This document shows positions 38,298 to 50,441 of a stretch of 64,000 bases of DNA, piece after piece (position 1 is the first letter of the stretch; each line of letters begins with the position of its first letter). The position numbers and the translations under genes were made by a program. The notes beneath the pieces were generated by a model. The model made no database searches, was not told the origin of the DNA, and saw only the letters and a program-made list of their open reading frames with translations. Source of the DNA: Vicugna vicugna (Eukaryota); NCBI GenBank assembly GCA_013265495.1, contig MU061560.1, forward strand, positions 124,001-188,000. Direction: 5' to 3'.

Positions 38298-38964
38298 AAA
38301 ACGTTGACTTGTGTAACTAATGGCAAAACTTCCCCATCTACTGTAAATGACAGATTTCTGGTCATGTTTCCTTCTATTCCATGAAGAGATTAAACTCTTC
38401 CAAAACAGTATTTTGCTAAACCATTTGCACTGAAATTTTTTATATCTCTCTTTGAGTTAATCCAAGAGCCTTAAATAATTGCATCGTGATACAACTTATT
38501 TATTATTAGAATGTTTGTTAATAACCAGATGCCTGTTACTCTTTAAATCATAAATGGCATTACCAACTTTCTCCCCTTTTCTCTCCTTTTTAATTTTTCC
38601 AAGACAAGTATAGCAGTGAAAACTTGTTGGGGAGGGTCTCCTCTTCTTTCTGCAGTTGTTAGTTATTAGAATAAAGGTGCTTTGGGTTCTTTCTAATTCT
38701 AACACTGTATTCACTTGGCGTCCCACTGAAGCAGACCCTAAGGAAAGGATTTGAAAGCAAGTAGCTTATTTGGAAGATGATCCTATGAAATACTGGATAG
38801 GGGGATGGAGAAGTGAGAAAAGGATAGAAAGGAAGGCAATGAAAGAAAGCATGAGCTATCAAGCCAGCGCCCACCGTAGCTCAGTCCTGCTGGGGAACTC
38901 TGAGAGTCGGTATGTTGTGGGAAAATGGGGCACGAGAGGATGCTCATGTCCCAGGTCTTGGGTG

Positions 38965-39460
38965 AGTCCCTGAACGTGCCCCCCACGTGAGGGTCCTTGG
39001 CTTCACGCAGGAAAGAATTCAAGAGCGAGCCACAGTAAAGTGAAAGCACGTTTATTCAGGTAGACACACACTCCATAGACAGAGCACAGTGCCATCTCAG
39101 AAGACGAGAGAGAGAGAGGCCACAAGGTGTGGGGTTGTTAGTTTTTATGAGCTCGGTAAATTCATGTGCTACCAGATGGGAGAATTATTCCAGCTATTTT
39201 AGAGGAGGGGCTGGGATTTTCAGGAATTGGGTCCCCCCAACCACTTTTTGGCCTTTTATGGTCAGCCTCAGTTTGTCACAGCACCTGTGGGAGTGCCATC
39301 GAGCATGTTAATAGATGACAGTGAGCACATAATGAAGCTCAAGGTCTACTGGGAGTCAAATCTCCCGCCACCTTGGTTCTAGCCAGTTTGTCCTGTCCTC
39401 AATGGCTGCATCATTCTTTTAGTGGTTGTGCCCTGTCCCCTTCTTCCCCTCCTTTCTCAG
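38965..39460 (-). mobile_element. ERV1-like LTR inserted in an older MaLR-like LTR (~38715-39640)
   Basis: CAGGAAAGAATTCAAGAGCGAGCC..GTGAAAGCACGTTTATT (reverse U5/polyA); host begins CCACTGAAGCAGACCCTAAG..GGATTTGA. Confidence 0.55.
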
Positions 39461-39817
39461 GTGTAGAAAGCATTTCTCCCAGTTATCCCGCCGAAGGGAT
39501 AAGGGAGCCGGGGTATTTATACACCAGCTGCCTTCAGGAATTGTTTATGAACTTCTGGGGGGATGTTTAAATGCAAGTCACCAGAGAAAACCCTCAGATG
39601 GCTGGAAATCAGCCAGGCATACACTAGAGAGCCAGGAGCATGGATGGGAGCACCAACAGTGGCAGCCACAAGCACAATGCAAAGTTTTTCATCATAAACA
39701 CAGTATTATTTTGCGTGTTCTGGAAGGTATAGATAATTGGTGTCAACTTATATTATTGGAGAAGACGAGAGTTGCTGAGGAAACTTGAGGTGGTCCAGAT
39801 GGTAGCTTAAACTTGAT

Positions 39818-40483
39818 TGTGGGGAAATAAACACCACCCAAATGAGAACAAGCAAAGGCTGTTTATTCAGAGCTTACAAATAGCAAGGGAGTCAGCCACA
39901 GTCACCTGCATTTTAATAAAGACTTAAGGCAGGTAGAGGAGAGGGAAAGCTTTATGGTGGAAAAGGGGAAGCCTCAGGTAAGCTGTGATGGGAAGTTGTT
40001 AGCATGGGGACGCTTGTGGCCAGCTAACTAGAAATGGAACATCTTACATGATTGGTTAGGAAGCATAACTAGAAATGGAACATCTTACATGATTGGTTAG
40101 GAAGCATAACTAGAAATGGACCATTTTACGTGATTGGTTAGGGAAGCATAATTGGCTTTGTCTGGTTAGTCTGTAGTTGGAGTCCAGAACAAATAGAAAT
40201 GGACCATCTTACGTGATTGGTTAGGGAAGCATAATTGGCTTTGTCTGGTTAGTCTGTAGTTGGAGTCCAGAACAAAAATTAGGGAAGCTGGCGGTTACTG
40301 ACTAAAGCCCAGACATCAGAGCATACCTGAAGCCGTCTCTATTTTCCACTATAAATCTTTCCCACTCCTCTGCCTTGCCTTTGAGTCTCAGTGCAAACAC
40401 CAGTAATGGTGAGTGACTCCCTTGCTATAGCCAGCTCTGAATGACTTCTGCCAGTTCTCATTCGGTGAGTCTTTATTTCCAGA
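39818..40483. mobile_element. Two MER31-like LTR portions joined head-to-head (- 39818-40310; + 40314-40483)
   Basis: ATTCAGAGCT..ATAGCAAGGGAGTCA at ~39865-39895 is the reverse complement of TGACTCCCTTGCTATAGCCAGCTCTGAAT at ~40414-40442. Confidence 0.65.
40025..40276. repeat. Compound tandem repeat: 41-bp period (starts 40025, 40066, 40107) then 83-bp unit x2 (40111-40193, 40194-40276)
   Basis: Unit TAACTAGAAATGGAACATCTTACATGATTGGTTAGGAAGCA read directly from the sequence. Confidence 0.9.
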
Positions 40484-40923
40484 AACCAAACTATTTTTAT
40501 TCTCACCCCCATGCTCCTACCTTACATTTCTTTGTGCCAGTCTTATTGAACTTCTCACTTTCCCCAAATAAACATACCTGTCTCTGGCAGGCGGGAGCTG
40601 CCTGTCTTTGCTTTTATATGTGTCCTCTCTCTAGAAAATCCTTTAACTGCTTCTCCAGCTGATGGAACAAATCCTTTCTACTCCAGAGCCTGGAAGTTTG
40701 CTACAGCTCACCCTAGTCCCATTTTTAAAATATATTTAAACAAAATGTTGTTAGTAATAGATCATTTAAATAAGCTGGGGTGGGTTTGGTAGCCTTGCAC
40801 TTTGCACGCCTGCCTTCTCCTGGGTCTCACTTAGCAGTGCATGGGCACCTGCACCACGAGCAGGGTTCTCGTCTTCAGTGGGAAAGACGACCTGTCTGCC
40901 TTTCCCCGAGCCTTGCTAGACAT

Positions 40924-41526
40924 TGTCGGAGCCAGCCGACAATCGATCAGGTCCAGAAACCTGTGCTGCAGGACTGAGAAAAGAAAGACAAGACTAGAAG
41001 GTGGGGTTGAGAGGGTCTCACTCTAGCCCGCAAGACGCTAGGTCAAGAGTGGACCTCGAGTTTATTTCCAGCAGTTAATTTATATGCTTTTAACCCATTA
41101 CTTCATGCATTCCTGCATGTAGGCAACGGTATTGTTTTTATGATCTATTAACAATGTGTACTAAAATCATTAACTTGTGTATTGTTACATACATCATTAT
41201 TGTTTATAGTTCTCATCAATCAAGACTAACCGTTCCCCAAGAGCTAACATCATTGATTACTGTTATTGTTCCTCTAGGCTAACATCGTGACTTGTGTATT
41301 GGTAACTCAGGTGATTGTCACTAAGATCACTAACTTGTGTGACTTGTGTATTAGTAACTCAGGATGTTCCTCCGGCTCCAAACACACCTGGCGCATTCCT
41401 CAAAGGGGTGGCGGGACAGAGATTAAGATTGTCTTGATCAACCTCAGAGCCTGACGCCCTGCACTTTGGGAGTTTAGGCCCAGTCTCTGTGCTCGGCAGT
41501 CCTCAGGTCATGAGTGGCCCCCCGCA
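40924..41526 (-). mobile_element. Young solo LTR, 6-bp TSD AGACAT (ERV2/betaretrovirus-like)
   Basis: TG...CA termini; AGACAT at 40918-40923 and 41527-41532; high identity to 54292-54987 in reverse. Confidence 0.9.
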
Positions 41527-42129
41527 AGACATCACTTCACCAGCACCTCCCTCTTCAAGGCCTACAGGCAGAGGCAGAGTACTTGCTGTCAAATAAAGTG
41601 TGCCCCAACACTGGTGGCTGGGAACAGTTAACTCGGTCAGGTCCGGTGCTGGCGGCAGGAGGACTGGAGGCTGCTGCCGCCAACTTGATCCACCTGCCAG
41701 CTGGGCCGTGGTCCACGCTTCCATCAAAGAACAGCACAGAGCCCCCAGGCCGCCTCAATGTAGCTGAGTTGTCTATGAAATAAGTGGACAGAGTAGGCTG
41801 GGCAGTCCTGCCACCCTGTGTACAGGGTCGTCTGATCACTCCCGCTTTAGTGGTTTTATGACATATTGTATAAATACTTGTGTATTATGTGTATGTAGGT
41901 ATATACGTGTATTGTATAAATCTACAACCATTTATTTATTATACTGTATGTTAATTTGCCTCCATAATCTCTTTCAGCTGGAATAAGCTCTTAAAAAGTT
42001 CTTACGGAATGAAAAATTAAGTCTGTTTTGGTTTCTTAAGAAAGTGAATAATGGATGCACAAAATATTTATTGACATTTACCATGGCCGGTGGTGGCTAT
42101 GGTAACCTTGTTGACTGCATGAAAAGCAG

Positions 42130-43490
42130 AAGACCCACGTTAGCTGAAGAAAAATCAGCATCTAGAATATACAATGGAGAAAAGAATTTCTGTGTAATAA
42201 GTGGAACTGAGACAACTGGACAGTTACATGTGAAAGAATGAAATTGGCTTATTCACTAACACCACATACGAAAAGAGTCAAAATGGATTAAAGACCTAAA
42301 TGTAAGACCGGGTACTATAAAACTCCTAGAGGAAAACATAGGCAGAACACTCTTTGTTTTTTTTGATCCATCTCCTAGAGTATTAGAAATAAAAGCAAAA
42401 ACAAACAAATGGAAACTAATTAAACTTAAAAGCTTTTGCACAGCAAAAACCCCGTAAACAAAACAAAAAGACAACTACCGAATGGGAGAAAATATTTGCA
42501 GAGGATGTGACCGAAAAGAGATTAATTTCCAAACTATACAAACAGCTCATAAAGCTCAATATTAAAAAAAACAAACCACCCAATCAAAAAATAGGCAGAA
42601 GACCTAAATAGACGTTTCTCCAAAGAAGGCATACATACAGATGTCCGACGGGTACTTGAGAAGATGCTCAGCATTTCTAATTATTAGAGAAATGCAAATC
42701 AAAGCTACAATGAGATATCACCTCACACCAGTCAGAATAGCCATCATCAAAAAGTCTACAAATAATAAATGCTGCAGAGGGTGTGGAGAAAAGAGAACCC
42801 TCCTATACTGTTGGTGGGAATGTAAATTGGTGCAGCCACTATGGAGTATACTATGGAGTTCCTTAAAAAACTAAAAATAGAGCTGTCATATGATCCAGCA
42901 ATTCCATTCCGGCATATATCCAAAAAAGATGAAAACTCTAATTTGAAAAAATACATGCACCCTAGTGTTCATAGCAGCACTGTTTACAATAACGAAGACA
43001 TGGAAGCAACCTAAATGTCCTGACAGATGAATGGATAAAGAAGATGTCATATATATACAATGGAATATTACTCAGCCATAAAAAAGAATGAAATAATGCC
43101 ATTTGCAGCAACATGGTTGGACCTAGAGATTATCATACTAAATTAAGTTAGACAGAGGAAGACAAATATCATATGCTACCACTTATATGTGGAATCCAGA
43201 CTGATACAAATGAGCTTATTTACAAAGCACCAGCCATAAAAAATAAATTTATGGTTACCAGAGGGGAAAAGGCAGGGAGGGATAAATCAGGGGTTGGGGA
43301 TTCACAGACACACATTGCTATATATAAAATAAACAACAGGATCTACTCTGTAGCACAGGGAACTATATTCAATATCTTGCAGTAACCTATAATGGGAAAG
43401 AATCTGAAAAAGAACTGAATCATTTTACTGTACACTTGAAGCTAACACAACATTGTAAATCAACTATACTTCGATTTTTAAAAAAAATAT
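42130..43490 (+). mobile_element. 5'-truncated L1 (ORF2 C-terminus, 3'UTR, A tail)
   Basis: [52 protein letters not shown] is the L1 ORF2 C-terminal region. Confidence 0.92.
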
Positions 43491-44707
43491 ATTAAAACTT
43501 ACATCTAAAAAATAATGTTCAGTAGTTCAACAATGGAGGGATAGTACTCATTATTCATGATATGAATATTGCATTGACCTATTTAATGCATGTAAGTCTA
43601 CCTTTAAGATAAAGCAAAAACATTTGCCACCCTCCTCCCTGCCCAAAAAGCCACAATGGTTTATGGGCTTTTTCAATGCAATTCAACTTTATCTAAAAGC
43701 TTCAATTTATCCTAGTCGTTGAAAATATGTTTCTTTTCAGATTCATTCAATTTAGTGAAGCTGGGGTTATGAATGGACATAAACTGTGCTTCACCAAAGC
43801 CCTAACAATCTGTTCAGTTTACCTGCTGAATTAGTTACTTGCGGAATGTGAGGCTCAATATATCTAACCTCCTTATCAAAACCTTTAAAATCATTGAGAT
43901 GGCAATATTTATTAATGTTGATATCAATATCAATATCAAAATATATTAATAAAGAAAATGATTACAATAAAAAAGTCAGCGTCTTCTTCTGACGTTAGCA
44001 TATATTTTAAGAAGATTGTGTCTGAAGGTGACTATGTAACACATGCAGACTCAGAGATGTATTTACTTACCAATTTCTGAAGCATGACCTCATTTAGAGC
44101 AAATGACAGCTCTTCAAGTAATTTTGCTCAGTTTCAAGTCTTAAGTTTTCTTGTGCACATGTGAAAAGTAAACTGATGTTTATCTTGTGTTATGTTAATG
44201 TATTGGTGCTCTTAGTGGAAAGAGAACTTTGCAGCCAATTCAATAATGTCCATTTTATGTTGGTGTCACTAGATACTTATATTATTCCAATAATCTTTTT
44301 TTGTTCTTCTACCCAATTCACGGAGCCAAGTCAAATTTTTAGAAGCTCATTTTGGCAAAGCTAAAGCACTTAACTTCATTATGAATACTATTATTTTAGT
44401 TAAAAAGTTCAGCGCTGAAGTAAAGTCATTTTCACTGATAATAGGAATGTAAATTGTGAGGAAGTACAGCTTTATGGTAAAACAATACTCTCATTATATT
44501 AAGAAACCCATGGATCAGAAATGTTCTTGGAAGTGACTGAGATGCACATATCATTGGTTTAAAAACTAGTAATCTACCAGTAGCAATAGAAGCTATAATT
44601 GTAAAAAAATTTATAAAAATTTTATATACATAGATTAATTAAAGTACAAAATTTTGGTGAAGCTAATTTGAATTCAAATAAGAACTATTATTAACTTAAA
44701 AATGTAT

Positions 44708-44960
44708 TGGGGGAGGGATAAATTAGGAGTTTGGGATTAACAGATACACACTACTATATAAAATAAGTAACCAGTAAGGACCTACTTACAGTATAGCACA
44801 GGGAACTATATTCAGTATCTTGTAATAACCTATAATGGAAAAAATCTGAAAAAGAATATATAAAAATATATATATACATATATATAACTGAATCACTTTG
44901 CTATACACTTGAAACTAACCTAACATTTAAGTCAACTATACTTGAATTTAAAAAATACAT
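44708..44960 (+). mobile_element. L1 3'-end fragment
   Basis: GGGAGGGATAAATTAGGAGTTTGGGATTAACAGATACACACTACT...CAACTATAC. Confidence 0.8.
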
Positions 44961-45396
44961 TAAATATCTGAGCCTCACAAGAACGCTTTTTTTTTTCTTT
45001 TTTTATTGAAGTATAGTCAGTGTCAGTTTTGTGTCAGTTTCTGGTGTGCAGCATAATGTTTCAGTCTTACGTATGCATACATATATTCTTTTTCACAAGA
45101 ACTCTTTTTTAAGTAAAACCAAATGTCCTATAAAGGCACTGAACCTTTTGGTTAGGGAGTCCTGTTCAAGTGCATTGTGTTTAAAATGAGATAGAAACTT
45201 TTAAACAAAATATTTAAGAAATGGAGTGCCAAAAGCAAAACCAGTTCCAAAGCTTTTGGCAAATTTAATTATTGAATAATAAACTTGCAAAAAAAAAAAA
45301 AGAAGCTATTGAAATGTATCTTTACCAAAGCAAGGAAAAACTGAAAGATTTTAACAATGAGGGCTAAACTACTTAATTTTGAGATCCTATGATTTT

Positions 45397-45727
45397 TTTT
45401 AACATTTTTTATTGATTTACAATAATTTTACAATGTTGTGTCAAATTCCAGTGTTGAATACAATTTTTCAGTTATACATGAACATATATATATTCATTGT
45501 CACGTTTTTTTCTCTGTGAGCTACCACAAGATGTTGTATATATTTCCCTGTGCTGTACAGCATAATCTTAATTTCCCTGTACAGCATAATCTTGTTTATC
45601 TATTCTACATTTTGAAATCCCATCTATCCCTTCCCACCCCCCATCCCCTTGGCAACCACAAGTTTGTATTCTGTCTATGAGTCTGTTTCTGTTTTGTATT
45701 TATGTTTTGTTTGTTTGTCTGTTTTTG
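45397..45727 (-). mobile_element. Recent L1 3'-end insertion with ~20-bp TSD
   Basis: TTTTGAGATCCTATGATTTT at 45377-45396 and 45728-45747; same subfamily as 52020-52250 and 57270-57495. Confidence 0.85.
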
Positions 45728-45817
45728 TTTTGAGATCCTATGATTTTGATTTAAAATATCTCAACTTCTAAGAATCGTCTTTTAAGGGAGCACCTTCTTT
45801 CAACTGGTTAAACAGTA

Positions 45818-47079
45818 CAGGCGTACCTTAGAGAGAGTGCAGGTTTGGTTGTAGACCACTGAAATCAAGCTAATATTGCAGTAAAGCAAGGCACATGAAT
45901 TTTTTTGTTGCCCAGTGCATATAAAAGTTATGGTTGTACTACACTGTAGTCTATTAAGTACACAACAGCATTATATCTAAAAAAATACATACCTCAATTA
46001 AAAAATGCTTCTAATTCTAATTCCTTTGCTATTTCCACCACATCTGCAATTACCTCTTCTGTTGGAGTCTTGAACCCCTCATGAGGATTGGAATCAATTT
46101 CTTCCAAGCTCCTATTAATGTTGATATTTTGACTGCTTCTCATGAATCACAAATTTCTTCCTGGCATGTCGAGTGGACCTGGTCACCCAAGGGCTCTAAT
46201 GGAGCTGTACCATGAGATTAATGTTGTTTTCATGTCTGCTAACACAGCATCCATTCTGCAGCCCACGGATCAAGGAGTCATTTCAACTTTCAAATCTTAC
46301 TACTTAAGAAACACATTTTGTAAGGCTACAGCTGTCAGAGATGGCAATTCCTCTGATGAATCTAGGTAAAGTAAAATGAAACCTTAAGGACTCACCATTC
46401 TAGATTCTAGAATTAGGAGTGGAAACTGAAGGTATGACTGAATTGCTGCAGTCTCGTGACACAACTCAAATGGATGAGGAGTTGTTCCTTATGGATGAGC
46501 AAAAAAAGTGGTTTCTTGAGATGGGACCTATCCCTGGTGAAAATGTTGTGAAGATTGTTGAATTGACAACAAAGGGCTTAAAATATTACATACACTTAGT
46601 CGATAAAGCAGTGGCAGGGTTTGAGAGGATGGACTCCAATTTTGAAAGAGTTTCCACTGTAGGCAAAATGCTGTCAAATAACATTACACGCTACAGAGAA
46701 ATCATTAATGAAAGGAAGAGTCAATTGATGTGGCAAACTTCATTGTCATCTTATTTTAAGAAATTGCCACAGCCACCCTTCAGCAACCACCACCACGATC
46801 AGTCGGCAGCCATGATCATCAAGGCAAGACCCTCTACCAGCCAAAAGGTTACGACTTCTTGAAGGCTCAGATGGTGGTTGGCATTTTTTTAGTAAAAAGT
46901 ATTTCTTAAGGAAGGTATGTACATTTTTTTAGACATATGCTGTATGTCACATATATAATGTTAACATAACTTTTATATGCACTGGGAAACCAAAAAATTT
47001 GTGTGACTCGCTTTACTGCAATATTAGTTTTATTTTCGTGGTCCGGAGTGGCGCTCACAATATCTCTGAGGTACGCCTG
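45818..47079. mobile_element. Tigger1 (TcMar) derived element, rearranged
   Basis: TA|CAGGCGTACCT...AGGTACGCCTG|TA terminal inverted repeats; transposase remnants ([50 protein letters not shown]). Confidence 0.9.
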
Positions 47080-47081
47080 TA

Positions 47082-47756
47082 TCTGAAGGAAACCAAGTCC
47101 TTATCTCAAAGACAGAGCTGCACGCCCATGTTCACTGCAACATTGTTCACAGTAGTCAAGATACAGAATTAACCTAAGTGTTTTTCAACAGAAAGATGGA
47201 TAAGGAAATTTATGAAATATTATTCAGATATTTGAAAGAAGGAAATCCTACCATTTGCAACAATATGAATGAAACTAGAGAGCATTATGCTAAGGGAAAT
47301 CAGCCAGATAAAGACAATTACCACATGGTCTCACTTATATGTGGAATCTTTTTTAAAAAAATTGTTTTTTAAAGGTTGATTTTATAGAAATAGGATAGAA
47401 TGGTAGTTACCAGGGCTGGAGGGTTGAGGGGGGAGGTGGAGGGAGGGACAGAGACGGGGAGATGCTGGTCAAAGGGTTCAGTTCGAAGATAAATAAGCTT
47501 TGGGCATCTAATCTGCTCCACATGGTGACTGTATAAATAATACCTTGTTGTGTGCTTGAAATTTGCTGAGAGTAGACCTGACGCATTTTCACCCCTCTCC
47601 CACCTCCCAAAGAGAGCTATGTGAGGTGATGGCTGTGTTAATTAGCCTGATGGTGGTAATCATTTCACAAAGTATATGTCAAATCATCATGTTGTACACT
47701 TTAAATGTAAACAATTTTATTTGTCTATTATACCTCAATAAAGCTGAAAAATAAAA
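47082..47756 (+). mobile_element. L1M 3' end
   Basis: CCCATGTTCACTGCAACATTGTTCACAGTAG...TATACCTCAATAAAGCTG. Confidence 0.8.
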
Positions 47757-48281
47757 GAAATGGATTAAGGTATGTGAATAATGATTTTGTTTATGCTATT
47801 TTTTATTATTTGTATAATCAACACAAAGGTTTTAATTTTTACTGTATTATATGCAGAAGATGTTGTGTTTTTCTTTTCTTAGGAAGAATATTATTTCCAA
47901 AGTGGTTTGGAATTGAATTTTTGAGTAGATCCACCAAAATAATAAAACCAATTTGTTGGTCAATAAACAAATATTTCAAAAATCAGAGAAATAATCATAG
48001 ATTCTTTTTAGCAGCTCCTTTTAATCTCAAAATTGCACTGTTTGGAGGAAAATGTAAATACATGGTAACCTTGCCTACTCACAGATTCATGCTCTGGGGC
48101 TCTGCCTACCTGGCCCTCCACTCTGTCTGGCTCAGGATAAAGCACCACAAAAGCACAGACAAATGTATTGCATCACAAGTGATTAAAGGAAGGTGTCTCG
48201 CCAGGGAGGAGCAGGGAGGATGAGGAAGAGGAAGGAAGAGCAGGAGCAGACACTGTTGCAATAGGGATTTAAAGAATTTCA

Positions 48282-48425
48282 AGGGGGAGGGTAGAGCTGA
48301 GTGGTAGAGCACGTGCTTAGCATGCATGAGGTCCTGGATTCAAACCCCAGTACATCCATTAAAAAAAATACATAAATAAACCTGATTACCTCCCCTCCTC
48401 CAAAAAAAAAAGAAAAAGAAAAAGA
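48282..48425 (+). mobile_element. Vic-1-like SINE
   Basis: GGGGAGGGTAGAGCTGAGTGGTAGAGC..; flanking repeat AAAGAATTTCA. Confidence 0.85.
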
Positions 48426-49340
48426 ATTTCAGGAGATCCTGGTCACTCTTAGGTCACTGCCAACATGCTAAGTTAAATCAGAGTGTACCCCCACTTTTTA
48501 GTAAATCTGGGGACTGCACTTTGAGAACCACTGGTCTAGATCCTGGAGACCTGAAAAAATTAGATGGGAACAGATTGAGAGGCAGGTCTTTCTTCGTCTT
48601 TATTAAAAATCAGTTTTCCCTTTTGAAATTGTCCTGTATCTTGTGACTCTTACAAAGTCACTGTCATTCAAACACATTAGCATAAACAGAGTAGATGTCC
48701 TGCAGGGTACTCCAGGGGCGCACCACGGGGGAGCTCTCTGACATTTTAAGAGGAAGACCATGATCTAGAAGTGGCCACTGCAAGTCTTGAGTTCTCTTTA
48801 CTTCTGAAGGCCCAGAGGGTTTACAAGTTATCAAAATGAGTATTAGAAGTGGGTTTTTATTAATGTAATTAGTGATCTTCAAGAAATGGGAAATATTTTA
48901 GGATTCCTCCCATTCTTGCATGAATAGAGAATAAGAATTCAGAGCTCTGGAAGCCTCGAGCCCTAAAGGTGACATCCAGATACTGACCCTGACACGTCTT
49001 GCATGCAGCCACTGGCTCCAAGGCTCTGGGGGTCCATGAGCCGGATGGTTATCCTGCTTAACTGAATGTACTTGCTGGGCTGGGTGTGCTCTGAGCACCC
49101 AAGGGGACAGATGACAGATCTTTGTTGAACTTACAGCGCAGGGCTTTTGAATTGTTTTTTATCTGTTTGCAAGTAAATGTCTGTGTGCCGCTGACTTGCC
49201 TTCACTGTAACCTGGTAGGGAGGGTGCAGCTGAGTGGCTGACCTTCCCCATCTCTAACTATGTGAGATGTCTAATTCTGCCAAAAAGACCTGCCTCTCAA
49301 TCTGTTCCCATCTAATTTTTTCAGGTCTCCAGGATCTAGA

Positions 49341-49508
49341 CCAGTGGTTCTCAAAGTGCAGTCCCCAGGCTAGCATGTCAGGATCGTCCAGGAACTTGTT
49401 AAAAATCAAATCCTCAAGACCCACCTCAGATCCGCTAAGTCAGAAGCTCTGGGGCTGTTTTTAAGGTTTTCGGGTGATCCTTATGCATGAAGTTTGTGAA
49501 GCGCTGGA
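49341..49508. mobile_element. MER5A-like hAT MITE
   Basis: CCAGTGGTTCTCAAAGTG..GGAACTTGTTA..CCCACCTCAGA..AAGTTTGTGAAGCGCTGG. Confidence 0.75.
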
Positions 49509-49911
49509 CCAGATCCCACTTCGCCATCTCTCCCTCGTTCCTTGGTTGCTCGCCTTTTTAACTTCATTTACTGCATCCGTTGTGCCTTCTCTGAGACATC
49601 ACGTTGCTTTCTTTTTTAGCATTATGTTTTATTAAAGATTCTCCATAAATCAAGACCCGTATGTAACTTCTAATCAGAATTCCTCACTCACCCAGTCTCC
49701 TTTGGGCAGACTCTTTGTATTGAGCTGATTTTATAAACAACACAATTTCAGAAATTCATATTCCTCTGTGAGGCAGCAGGGACAGTGCAAGGATTATCAA
49801 GCTCTGTTCTTCGGAACCCTCGGCACTTCTCTGAGCCCCCTAAGGGGACACTCGGAACATTGGGGGAGGAGGAATAAGGCTTCTTATCCTTGCCCTTTTT
49901 TTCCTGCTATT

Positions 49912-50025
49912 TTTGGGAGGGAGGTAATTAGGTTTGTTTGTTTGTTTAATGGAGGTACTGGGGATTGAACCCAGGACCTCCTGCATGCTAAGCACACACT
50001 CTACCAATGAACTACACCTTCCCCT
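49912..50025 (-). mobile_element. Vic-1-like SINE
   Basis: Reverse-strand head; flanking repeat ATCCTTGCC-TTTT. Confidence 0.85.
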
Positions 50026-50184
50026 GATCCTTGCCTTTTTTTGAAATCTAATTTTATATATAATGACTAACATCTGCAAATCTCAAACTCCCAAATTTAT
50101 CCTTTCCCTCTTTCCCTGTTAACCATGAGAATGTTTACTATGTCTAAGTCTGTTTCTTTTGTAGATGAGTTCATTAGTGTCCTC

Positions 50185-50216
50185 TTTTCTTTCTTCCTTT
50201 CTTCCTTTCTTCCTTC

Positions 50217-50303
<87 letters not shown>

Positions 50304-50375
50304 TCATCTTTCTTTCTCTCTCTCTTTCTTTCTTCCATCCTTCCTTCCTTTCATCCTTCCTTCTTTTTTTTTTTA
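50185..50375. repeat. (TTTC)n/(TTCC)n microsatellite inside an antisense L1 3' fragment (~50050-50430)
   Basis: Direct reading of the tetranucleotide tract. Confidence 0.95.
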
Positions 50376-50441
50376 AGATTCCACACATGAGTGGTATCAT
50401 ATGGTATTTTTCTTTCTCTTTCTGTAAAATGCCAAACTCGG

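Noticed and set aside
40025..40276. CRISPR-like array
   Set aside because: Head-to-tail tandem units without unique spacers, in mammalian LTR DNA.
46142..46862. 75-aa and 147-aa ORFs as a TIGD-like gene
   Set aside because: Broken, internally deleted Tigger1 transposase remnants inside TIRs.
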